DNA of 64,000 nt from Amphiscolops sp. MND2022 (lineage: Eukaryota): NCBI GenBank assembly GCA_964187785.1, contig OZ076410.1:62744001-62808000 (forward strand), read 5' to 3'. Both the position numbers and the translations under genes were made by a program. The number at the start of each line of letters is the position of its first letter. The stretch's first letter is position 1. Shown here in pieces: positions 49,300 through 60,307 of this stretch. The notes beneath the pieces are model-generated. The model searched no databases and had not been told where the DNA came from. It saw nothing but the letters and a program-made list of their open reading frames with translations.

Positions 49300-52200
49300 C
49301 GGGTAGCCATGACGTTGTCCAAATTCAGTCCACAGAGTCCAAAAAAATCCTTACTCACAAACAAAAACCCCAGTAGACGACAACAAAGCCGAAGACCAAC
49401 CCCCAAAACCTTACCCTAGATGACAGGCACGAGAATGCACCGGATCGAGTGGGACCAAACCAGCGAAATAGAATGCGTCAAACCAACCTACACAACAAAG
49501 AGCAGAAACGGGGACCAATCCCCACAGCTACCTAATGAAGAAAAGGACACTGACTGGCCCTACGCAGTCCAGCAACTCAACGAACACGCCATCGAAAGTA
49601 AAACAACGAAAGAACTATGCGTTCCAATCTTATCAGCAATCAAATTGAAACAGAAACAGAAGATGCTCTTGGCACCCATGGACTTCAAAAATCTGTCAAT
49701 GGACGCCCTCTTTAATTCAGAAGCACTAGTGAACTGCTTACCTGAGTGCGACGTTGGCAAAATCAAATCCATAAGCCCAGAAAATATCCTGAAAGAAATG
49801 GAGCCCCAACCTTCAAGCTGCAACTTGCAAATGGCGACAAAAAGGCTCCCACCAATTTGTTACAACTGCAGTTCGAAGTAGCTGTCTGGACCTTCAAAGG
49901 AACCTTATAGGGGCTACCAAAATAACAAATCAATTCTTGGATTAACCACTTCGCTCACCTAACCTATGTTTATGCATCGGATGACAATGCAACTGCACCC
50001 AGGAGTCACAAAGTTACAATCGAAAACCAGCTTACGACACTGCCTGGTCTATCAATGTATCACAAAAGAAGCAGAAATAAATCCCCGAACGACATTCAAG
50101 ACAACGTCCACCCAACAAACCAAACTCAGGGAAAAACCATATTCTGGAAGAAAGCTCAATTTCCAAGGCTACAAACTCAAAAATTGAAATCCGCATCACC
50201 AAAACATCACCAAACCCATTCAAAGTGAAGAAAAACGAACTGTGGCGGACGTCTCCGTTTTGTCACTGTAGTACGCAAAACAACTGACTGCCTTCAACTC
50301 TGCAGCCAACAATGTTTTAGCCGATAACAACTCTGCCGATGAACTCCTGAAAACATCGAAGAAATCACAAACAGCCAGACTTTTTGAATCACACATCTGA
50401 CAACCCGAGTGATCCTTTGGGGTGAGTCCAATCCTTTGGGAGATCGAAGAACTTGAAGCGATCCAGAAACCTAATCCAAAAGTTGACGGACAAAAGTTCC
50501 CATTGATATCTAAATGAAAAGATTCCCAGCTAATGGTATAGAACCACTGCGACATTGAAGACATCTTGGTTGAATATAACAGTGACAGTTCGGTGCCAAG
50601 GAATCCGATTTCCGTGGACAGAGTGTGTCACCAGCCGGGATTGCCCCCCCCTCCCCCCCAAAGCAAACACGATCAGAAACTGAAGTTCCCGAAGCTAAAA
50701 AACGGACTCCAAGGGTACGCCGGATTTGAAAAGTATTACCGTAATGAAGTTCCGAGAATGTCAAAAAAGTCGCCCCATTCCACAGCGAAGTGAAGGCCGA
50801 CTAGCCAATCAAGACAACAAACGAAATCGTGACCAGTTTGAAAGTATCAACAAATCACTGAACAACGCCTGCTGCCTGTCTGTGAGTCACTATATTTCAA
50901 ACAGAAACAATCACACGCACACGAAAAATAGAACAACAAAATGGCAAACTACGGAGATGCGACTCCAGCAAGATCGGTATAACAGTCCATGTTTTATGAC
51001 TATGGGATATTCTTGGGCTGAGTACTGTAAGGCTCTTTGATTCGTCGCCATCAGCTGCTCGTCATACGGCTCTTTTAGGAAGCGCAAAGTGTAATTCCGT
51101 AAGAGTAATTTCAGAACAGCGGTAATTTCAGAACAGTTGCTCGACTCATTCATCAACTCACTCACCACGGGAAAACCAATAAACACCCCGGAAATACCAA
51201 AAGTCGAAAAATACTATTTTTCCGTCCTATCGGCAAGGATAGCACACCATTTCAATCAATGCACGAAATGCATGCAAACCAAGAAATCTGACATCTGACA
51301 ACAGGCTGCTAACTCCACTCATGATCAACACCTCCAACATCGCAATATGTCCTGAGAGCGCCATAAAACGGATATCGTCCTCTCTCACAACCCCTCAAAG
51401 TGGTTGGATTGGCTATGGATTTCTTCTCAAAAAACATCTTCTTCTACTGCATTAAAAAAATTGTCGCAAGGACTATCGCCAGGGTACTAGTGGATACCAT
51501 GATTAGTCAGCGTACTTACACACATCCACCGTAACAGACAAGCGAACCCAGGTCATACCTGACGTGATGACCGACACAACACGAGTCCTGGGCATACAAC
51601 TCTGACATGCAACAACTAAGCATGCGCGATAAATGGGTATCCAAGAGCGATACGACACATCGCTGAAGTGGCCATATAGATATCCACAGGGGAACGCGGA
51701 ACAAAGTGGCATCAGTTTGTTCCCGTCGCAGCACTCAACTACAACACTACCTTACCTCTCACTCGGCGCTTAGCTTTGACTTGGACACTGACTTGTACTA
51801 TGACCTGCACTATTACTTGTACTATGTCTAGAAGACCTCTGCTCGCCCTTTGGAGACAAACGACTACTGCTACTCTCTCCACCCAGAGGCGATCAACCAA
51901 CGGTCAAAACTGCACTCCGAGTGGACGAGATCATACATAGTAGTACATGCCCCCTGAACAACAATGATCTTATACGGAACATGCAAACTACTATGACCCA
52001 AATACTTCACAGTATTTGTCTGGAACATGCCCAAGCAAAGATCGACAGCCCGACATCCAAGTGCAACCGAAGGACTTTCAGTCAGATAGCGAAGTCGAGT
52101 CATCCACGGTGATCATAATGCACTCGCATGGAAGTCGCGGTTCGAGCACTTTATCATGACGTCTAACAATCACTCCAGAGCTGAATCCACAGCCGATGAT

Positions 52201-53979
52201 AAACGAAACCCCGACACAGTCATCGAGGATACCACCCCAGTTATGCTCTACAATGTTCTAGAAGAGCGCAAAATACTCGAACCACAGACTAATCAAAACC
52301 TCATTTCCCCAGAAAAGGCTAATATTCTTCAAACTCCAAAAGCGACTACGCTCATTACAATCCAGTAACAGTCATTTCATAGAATTAATCCGAGTTAAAG
52401 AGTTAGTTGTCCGGCACACCTTGAAGTATGTTCTCAAATAACCACTCCTGGCTAACTAATCCCAACGCTCGAGCAAAAACATTTGAAGGAGCAGAAGAAC
52501 AAACTGCAGAATGCCTCACCAGTGGATTTTCCTTTTTGAGTCGAGGCCCTGAGAATTGGGTTTTATTCCACTTTTCATTTCTTTTCCATTCAGTTCTTTC
52601 AGATTTAACAAGGTTCAAAAAGTACCAATTAGCAAGAACGGCATAAAAACCGAGAAAACAAATCAAAGAATCAAAGTTGTATAAATTTCTTGAAATCAAA
52701 AGTTTGAATGTTCAGATATAGTCTTCTCGAGCAACAACTACCTTTAATTAGGTACCTTTGAAGACGACGACGATCCTTTTTTGGGACACTCTTCGCATCG
52801 CAGTTCCCTCGTGCTTCTCTCATGTCCTTCACAATATGGGTTATGTCGCTCGAACAACTTGGAGTGATTGACAGTGAAGACAGCCCTCCATACCCACATA
52901 CAGACCCAAGAGCAGCAAACACAGGTGCTTCGGGTCCTACCACTTTAGGTCCATATGCAAAGGACTACCTGGCTGAGAATCAACTTCATCGTGCGACTCA
53001 GCTGGAGACACAGTACCCCAGAACACTCAACCCAGAACGCGACGCCAATCAGGAAATAGCTGCAGATAGCTTTCAAACCAGTCTTTCAAACCACGATACA
53101 GGTCCTGACGAACTTTACAGGTTCACTCTCAACTCAGCGAGACAATCTCTTGTCAACAAATAACCAGAACTAAAGCTACTTTCCGTAATATACGATTGCA
53201 CCGCCAGAATGGACGAGGTTGAAGTTTTTTTCAGAACAGAGAGCCATTAAACGGAAATTCCACGACTGGGTACTGGACTGCATGAGGAACGATCCCAATG
53301 GCAACCAACTTTACCGCTCGTGCCAAATGCTCACGACAGCATGCGAGTCGATAGCACACGCTGATTGCGGCTCTGTATACACACCAACAAAGACTCAAAC
53401 ACGTTGGTGCTTCCTCTGGCTTCCAGAGTAGAGGGTTGTCCACGATCCTGCAAACATGGCACTAGATCCTCAAACAGTGCAACAATACAAACCTCTTCCA
53501 CCTGCAGGAGCATATCCGGCTAGAAAAACTCAAACTTGAGGCCTTAAAAGACTGGGAATAAGCTGACACGTTCAGAAGTCTCAGAAACTCCATTAAAAGG
53601 CCGCCGTGAAATTTACGGAGAAAACTACGCCGGGCAGCGTCGTCACAACCACCCCGAGCTAGTATGTTGTTTCGTTTCTGAGACAATCCACAGACAGAGA
53701 CAAACCAGACCGGGTATTCAAGAGACAACCGATGTATTCAGTCTACGCATCAATCTTCGGCAACTTGGAGAATTTCTTTATGTTCCCTAGATGGATCCAG
53801 AAAAAGAAATAAAATTCTGCATAATTAAGGGAAATGTAGTCCACTATGGTCCTCCTATTTCTCGAACTTTGACGGGAGGCAAGTCATAAGCACAAGGTGC
53901 AGACTCAGAAGCAGCAAGATTAAATTATCCGACGTAGTCATTTGACCAATATCGACGGGAGGACGGGAGTTTCGCTACG
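49300..53979 (+). mobile_element. Second, more degenerate Ty3/Gypsy element (protease, RT-connection and integrase remnants, 3' accessory ORFs, candidate 3' LTR)
   Basis: LLAPMDFKNLSMDALFNSEALVNC (decayed DSG protease); IEDILVEY; INKSLNNAC; HGKTNKHPG...YYF...CTKCMQTKK (integrase HHCC, 51166-51280); AMDFFSK. PPT-like AAGGGAAA then TGTAG at 53835 and ...CTACG at 53979. Confidence 0.75.
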
Positions 53980-54195
53980 CTGCGCGGTGACAGTACCAAT
54001 CTCCTTGAAAAGCAATTTCACATCGTCCCACTGAAAGCCTCTCGGACCACGCTCAAAGCAGTGAAGCGAGTCTCACGACGCTGTACAAAACGCCCTAAAC
54101 CCACCAATCTCATCATCCAAGGCTGATGGACTGCTTTGTTGAGGCGGAGCAACAGGAACGCCGAATTAGCAAACGTATGCAACGACTGGTTACCA

Positions 54196-55036
54196 CCCAG
54201 TGACACGAATCTTGGCACGCTTGCCAAGATGCATGGGTATGCTTGCCAAGATCTTGGCAAGATCTTGCCAAGATCTTACCAAGGCTACCATGATCATGCA
54301 AGATCATGGCAAGGCTGACCATGCGTCTTACCAAGCGTACCAAGATTTTCCATGTATCTTACCAAGCTTTTCCATGTGTCTTGCCAAGCATACCAAGATT
54401 TTTCTATCCATCTTGCCAATCCAACCAGGATTTTTTCATGCATTTTTCAGTAATTAGAACCCGTTATCTCAATAGATTAGGTAATAGCATGATTTGCATA
54501 ATTCTAAACAAATCATAGCTAGAAAAGTTGGTTTTCACACCGATATCGCAAACCCGCAAGTTGCAATAACTTGATTCGGAGTTTGCTTGGTATGATAAGT
54601 TATGTTAGTAGTAACAATGCCGTGCTCTCAAGTAACAAAACTCGGTCAATAAGTGCAGCAAATTATTGAGCAAATTTTGGATAATTTTCAATTAAAAACT
54701 ATTTTCAATCAATAAATATTATGTCCAAAGTTATTACAATGGCTAATTCAAAAATTGCAGACGACAAAGAATTTTTGCGAAAAGAATAAATTATGCACAA
54801 TTAATACCAGCTTACATGTCTTACCATGGTTATCTTGTCAAGATCTTGCCATGATCTTGCCATGATCTTGGCAAGCATTTCCACATGGAACGCTTGTCAA
54901 GATCTTGCCAAGATCTTGCCAAGATCTTACCAAGCGTAGCATGCATCATGTTTTTCCATGCGTCTTGGTAAGCCTACCATGCGTTTCCATGTTTTTCCAA
55001 GATCTTGGCAAGGCTACCAAGATTCGTGTCACTGGG
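54196..55036. mobile_element. Non-autonomous CMC/EnSpm (CACTA-like) element, 841 bp, 2-bp TSD CA
   Basis: 20-bp perfect TIR CCCAGTGACACGAATCTTGG / CCAAGATTCGTGTCACTGGG (fits CMCWR termini), with CA on both flanks and many CTTGCCAAGAT subterminal repeats. Removing the element plus one CA rejoins the frame RMQRLVT-NHFSLPN. Confidence 0.9.
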
Positions 55037-56782
55037 CAATCATTTCAGCCTCCCGAACATGATCTTCAAACACATTCAGAACATTACTCCAAGCAATACA
55101 GCGGTCAGTGGCGATCACGACCAATACAGCGATCACAACTCGGCGAAACCGTTAAATAGGGCTGAAGGACGACCCAACAATGAAAGCAGGATAATTTCCA
55201 ACAGGAAGAGAAGCAACCCGTGATAAGCAACTAATCTCTGCATCATAGGTACCGGCGACCACGGGTTCCCACAGAACGTATACTTCGCAAATGACACCGC
55301 CGAAATAGCATCGCACAGAACTGCGCACTCCGTCAAAACTCTCAAGCAGCAGAAGGCATACACCATGACTGAAACCGACGGAGAAGGCGATAGTACAACT
55401 TCTGAGTTACAACCACAGAGACACAGTTTGCTCCACGTCGCTCAAGCATGAAGCGACTCAACAGGTATTGTAGTCCGAACTTGATTCCAGAGTTAACTCA
55501 GGAAATGATGGGAGGCACTACTGAGGGGAAGGTCGAATGAGCCTCCGACAATAGTAGAAGATAGAATATTAGGTAACACCCCAACGAGAACATCAACCTC
55601 GTCCTCCTGGATAGCCTTCTTTTCTCCCAATACCACACCGGGGTTTTACCCGTAACTCAGATGTTATAGATGTTACTTCCACGTTGCCAAAACAGGAAGT
55701 CTGAATAAAAACCTCATCATCCAGGCAACACCTTTTGTCCTTTGAAACTTGACTCACCGGCTGAGAAAGGACACATCTCACTGACATAAGGCACAGTTGA
55801 ACCGCTTTGACTTCGTGTCGGACCGCTGAGTGAAAAAGAGCTGCAGGATAGGATGTTCAACTTTTTCCTTGCGTAACCCGTGTCGCTCTGTTTGCCGCCA
55901 TTGTCCCTTATCATAGGCAGCATTAAATTTTGACTTTGCAACTTTGACGGCGTCTGCCTGGGATTGTGACCAGTGCATCCGGATACCTTCATGAGTACGC
56001 AAACACAAGAAGCAACCAAGGAAACCTACATTGTCACAAAATACCAAGTCAAGACAGAAACCCAGCCGACAACAAAATAGATGGAATCACAGAGTCACAG
56101 AGAAAAACAGGCAAAGAAGACAACACAACTCATTCGCAAATTACGGCGGTACAAACGTGTCTCCTCGCGTTGACACTCGCTACTCTCGAGTCGTACGGCA
56201 GCTTGACACAATGCCAGCAACATAGGACCGCCATTAAGAATCCCAACGGGACCTAGATCGAAGCAACTCACAGCCTCACCAGAGATTGAAGTCAAATCGG
56301 CATCACCGTATGAGCTCTGACCAGAACAAGTTCCTACACCAGAACAAGATAGGGCAGGAAAGTCTGCCTGAAAACAAAACACTATCACGACACCTAAGTC
56401 AATTCAATCATGCTGGACCAAAAACATATTGGTTTTTGGCGAAGGTCCAAGATTTTCATGGGCGCCACCCTCGTCCTTTGACTCACCCAAGACAATTAAT
56501 CGAGAGAGCTCGGAAACAGTGTGTTGCTGAGCAGAATGAAGACGTTTGCTACTGCGAACACCTTGGGTAATCGCACGCTTGCCTGGGACGAAATCATCGA
56601 CATTAGAATCATTAAAGAGTCCTACAAAAAACAACACCAGTAGAAAAAATGACGCATCTGAATACCGGCATTATCAATTGTTAACTGGCCATTAAAAATT
56701 TGCTAAAAGACTTACACTGTTGGCCGCAGAGGAAGTCACGAGTGGGCTTGGCATCGCTCCCAGACGAGTGAATGGATTGCTT

Positions 56783-56819
56783 ATCATCATCTTCATCAAG
56801 TCAAGCATCATCATCATCG

Positions 56820-56853
<34 letters not shown>

Positions 56854-56872
56854 TATCATCATCATCATCATG
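56783..56872 (+). repeat. (ATC)n microsatellite
   Basis: About 30 imperfect ATC units. Confidence 0.95.
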
Positions 56873-57090
56873 ATGATCAGATACGCTCCAGCACCCAGGA
56901 AACTCCGAAAGGGGGGTCAGGCAGTCTCTCTGGCAATTTTAGTCGGGGGTTGGAAAGTATTTTAGAAATTTTTTCTTTTTTTCAAATGGTACAATTTTTT
57001 CGATATTCGTTATTGAATCGCGAAGCAATATAAAACTTTTCGGCATAGTTTTCAGTTCGATTCATTCACGGTTTAAAAAAATCTTTTTTA

Positions 57091-57140
57091 GAATATAGAC
57101 TCGCTTCAACTGTTTTGAGTGAATATAGAGACGTTTCAAC
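57091..57140 (+). repeat. Left motif pair GAATATAGA(G/C)(A/T)CG(T/C)TTCAAC, inverted relative to copies downstream of the YR gene
   Basis: 20-mers at 57091 and 57121 (17/20 identical). 57123-57138 ATATAGAGACGTTTCA is the exact reverse complement of 59743-59758. Confidence 0.8.
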
Positions 57141-57164
57141 AGTAGGGAAGATAATAATATGCTT

Positions 57165-57411
57165 GCTGACGTAATATCACGTGACTTAAATTCTCTTATT
57201 TTATTAGCGTAAGAACCAATCAGAATCGCTCAAGCTTACTTTTCTCATCGCTGCAGGTAATTTGTACGCACTCTCGCATAATAAGCGGTCATATAATCGT
57301 TGTCAAAGTGAATGTGATTTGAAAGTAAACACGGCAGAGACGCGCTGTCAACTATTTGCACCTTTTATCTAATTTCATGTGAAATTTCAAAATCTTGTAT
57401 TTTCAGACACC
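57165..57411 (+). promoter_or_regulatory. Putative promoter and 5'UTR intron of the YR gene
   Basis: TGACGTAA and CACGTG (~57167-57182), CCAATCAGA (~57217), donor CAG|GTAATT at 57257, acceptor TGTATTTTCAG| at 57406 (150-nt intron), then ACACC-ATG at 57412. Confidence 0.6.
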
Positions 57412-59553
57412 ATGTCACAAGCTGATACGTCCTTCGATTGTATTTCCAACCTCACAGAAATTGCCGGATTGGCGTATTCTCCGAGTACAAACGCTCTTGT
57501 GAACAGAACTTGTATGGATATCATGGAGTCAGTCAACGCATGTTCAAGCCGAATTTTGGATGATTCTGATATGCCTACGCAAGCTCAGTCGCCCAATGAG
57601 ATAGTTTCTGAACCAAGGGAACCAAGTGATTCAAATGAGCCACAAACAACGACGCGCCGAGGCAGACAATTGCAGCGAAACCAATTGCAAGGCAAACGGC
57701 CCAAACAACCACAGGTAAAACAGTGTGTACTTTGCCTTACAAAAGTGGCGAATCTGAGACAGCATTTCTCCAAGAGCCATAATCTCACAACCCAACAACG
57801 AAAATTCTTGCTATCTTTTTATGCTACAAGGATTTGTGTGTCTACAGTGTACCAATGCAACGGCTGCTTCATAAGGTTCACTGGAAAGAAGAAACACAAA
57901 AAAAATTGCAGAAAGCATGAAATTATCAAAGTAAACCCCAAATCTATGGACGAATTCCCCTCACACTTCCGCTTTGACATTCCTGGTATACGGGGAAAAA
58001 CTTTCAACCACCATAAACTGCTCGACGAGTATGATGAGAACCGGAACGAGGCCGGTGATGAAAACATGACCCGCTTCCAGAAGACTTTTTTGGCTCAAAT
58101 TCTTAGTGGAACGTCCTTTTTGAGGAAACCCGAGGCTGTCAAGTCAACATTTTATCGAATCAAGTCAGAAAAAAACTACACGTTCCAAACAATGCGGAAA
58201 TTAATGTTTGAATTCAATCGTTTTCTCGAGTTTTGCAACTCCTACAAACAAAAAGAATTGAGATTCAACATGGCTTTGTTCAAAGGAGAGGTCAGAAACC
58301 TGCTGAAAAAGACTGCAAAGGAGGCTTCGAAAGAGGTTAATCGGCGTATGCAAGCCAGGTTCGATTCGGTGCCAAATTTGTACCAAGTTAGCCATCTTCG
58401 TCAAATGGTTAAAGAAATGCTGGGTCAGAACGTCTACAGCTCGTTCACTTACCTCGAGTATTTATGCCTTTTGGTGTTTGTAATCCATTCAGAATCGAAC
58501 TGCAGAATCGGTGCATTGCTGAACTTGACCTTTGAGGACTATAAAGTCATGCAAGAGAAGAAGGTTATGACTTCATTCGAGCACAAAACTGGGGCGAAGT
58601 TTCCCAATTTCATACGGATAACAAAAGAGAATAGAAAATGGGTAGATGACCTTCATCAATACTTCCAGGAAGAAAACAATGGTCTGACGCCTAAGCTCGC
58701 TTTTCCGTCCAACACCAACAAGAAGTTCACCTGCCAAGCCAAATATTTCAAGGAGGCCATATACAAATACTTTCGAATTGACGACAAGCTGTATAACCCC
58801 GACAATGTTCGAAAAGCATGGGATACCTTCTTCGAGAAGTCTCAGTTTGTCACAGGTCAAAATGCCCTGCTATACCAGATGAACACTGGCCATTGTGAGG
58901 CTACACGTCGAAAATACTACCTGAAACCGGCGACCGATAATGAAATTGAAAGCTTCTTAGATGAGCAATTGAAGATAATTGATGACCCCGAAAGCTGCTA
59001 CGTGGCCGAAGACGATCCCCCGCCCCCACCACCAGTTGAGCAAGAGGACAATCCTGAACAGCACGAAAGTGAAGAAGAAACTATGGACACGGGAAACGTT
59101 GGTGATACACAGGAAGAAAACGTCGACGGAGGCGCTCTGACACCTGACAATGAAGACGCCAACAACAACTCATTGGTGATTGACGAGGATGACATGTGTG
59201 AAGATTATGCTCCAACACCAATCCCTAGCGACCAAGACGATGAAGATTATAAGCCCGATCCAGGGGTAAAGGTCAAATGGGAAACCGAAAGAACATTGAA
59301 AACTAGAGAAAACGATGCGACAAAATGGGAAGCTATAGGTGAAAAACTGATGAAATTCAAAGGACCTGCAGATCCCCTGCAACCATTTCTCGAGGAACTG
59401 TTTACCAAAGTTGTTGCTGCTCAGTTCTACACAGGTCGGGGCCAACTCAGAGACCTGTGCAAGCTGATGAAGCTCAGTAATGCTGATCGTGAGAAGGTAC
59501 TTGATAAGGCTACTAAAAAGCTTTCAAATGTAATGAAAAACACGAAAAACTGA
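57412..59553 (+). CDS. Intact tyrosine recombinase with N-terminal zinc fingers (713 aa from ATG 57412)
   Basis: C2H2-like CVLC..LRQHFSKSH and CNGC..H..NC. YR motifs: SNCRIGALLNLT (R, 58504), EHKTG (K, 58585), NPDNVRK (R, 58810), TGHCEATRRKYY (H 58891; Y 58915/58918). Acidic/Pro-rich linker and a helical C-terminus follow. No stops or frameshifts. Confidence 0.9.
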   Translation: MSQADTSFDCISNLTEIAGLAYSPSTNALVNRTCMDIMESVNACSSRILDDSDMPTQAQSPNEIVSEPREPSDSNEPQTTTRRGRQLQRNQLQGKRPKQPQVKQCVLCLTKVANLRQHFSKSHNLTTQQRKFLLSFYATRICVSTVYQCNGCFIRFTGKKKHKKNCRKHEIIKVNPKSMDEFPSHFRFDIPGIRGKTFNHHKLLDEYDENRNEAGDENMTRFQKTFLAQILSGTSFLRKPEAVKSTFYRIKSEKNYTFQTMRKLMFEFNRFLEFCNSYKQKELRFNMALFKGEVRNLLKKTAKEASKEVNRRMQARFDSVPNLYQVSHLRQMVKEMLGQNVYSSFTYLEYLCLLVFVIHSESNCRIGALLNLTFEDYKVMQEKKVMTSFEHKTGAKFPNFIRITKENRKWVDDLHQYFQEENNGLTPKLAFPSNTNKKFTCQAKYFKEAIYKYFRIDDKLYNPDNVRKAWDTFFEKSQFVTGQNALLYQMNTGHCEATRRKYYLKPATDNEIESFLDEQLKIIDDPESCYVAEDDPPPPPPVEQEDNPEQHESEEETMDTGNVGDTQEENVDGGALTPDNEDANNNSLVIDEDDMCEDYAPTPIPSDQDDEDYKPDPGVKVKWETERTLKTRENDATKWEAIGEKLMKFKGPADPLQPFLEELFTKVVAAQFYTGRGQLRDLCKLMKLSNADREKVLDKATKKLSNVMKNTKN

Positions 59554-59685
59554 TTTGATTTGAGTTTGTGACATTGTATTTATCCCTGTTACTTTGTTTC
59601 TTTTGGCAACTTAGCCAGTACTTGTTGTTTGAATGCTTTGAGTTCATGATATGTTACCTTGATATGTAACTTAAGTTTTAACCAG

Positions 59686-59943
59686 AACGTCTCTATTTAC
59701 CAAAGTGGGTTGAAGGTTATCTGATAGTCTTCCTTGAAAGTATGAAACGTCTCTATATGCACATCAATGGACCTTTAAAGTAGTCGTTGAAAACTTTTTA
59801 TCAGTTGGAAATACGGTGAGACTGGAAGAAAATAATCATAAGAAGGTTAAAAAAACTTGAAAGAGGTCAAAAGTTGAATTCTAATTGAACGCCTCTGAAC
59901 CCGTAATTGTCACTCATGTTAGTATCAAAAAGTATCTATATTC
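59686..59943 (-). repeat. Right-hand inverted copies of the YR-flanking motif
   Basis: aacgtctctat (59686-59696, 11/11), tgaaacgtctctatat (59743-59758, 16/16), aaaagtatctatattc (59928-59943, 14/16 vs aaacgtctctatattc). Confidence 0.75.
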
Positions 59944-60169
59944 TCATTTTGACATAGACAAAATAAAATTTCTAGATTTTCTAATTCCTGCAATGATAGG
60001 ACTCCAGCCCACCGGCATGAAATTCTTGACATTTCCCCCAAACTAAGGCGTGCTCAACATTCCACTTTCTATCTATTGGGAGACTCCAGAAGGGCAAAAA
60101 AATCAAAGCGTTTCTGTATAATCACAAAAAGGGGTCAGGGGTGCCTAATATTGTCTGGAATTTTGACAG

Positions 60170-60307
60170 NNNNNNNNNNNNNNNNNNNNNNNNNNNNNNN
60201 NNNNNNNNNNNNNNNNNNNNNNNNNNNNNNNNNNNNNNNNNNNNNNNNNNNNNNNNNNNNNNNNNNNNNNNNNNNNNNNNNNNNNNNNNNNNNNNNNNNN
60301 NNNNNNN
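60170..60307. other. Assembly gap (138 N)
   Basis: Run of N. Confidence 1.

Noticed and set aside
53980-54000. ctgcgcggtgacag as a PBS after the candidate LTR
   Set aside because: It lacks the TGG start, and the downstream sequence shows no gag/pol motifs.
56720-56965. Poly-isoleucine ORF as a membrane protein
   Set aside because: It is the translation of the (ATC)n microsatellite.
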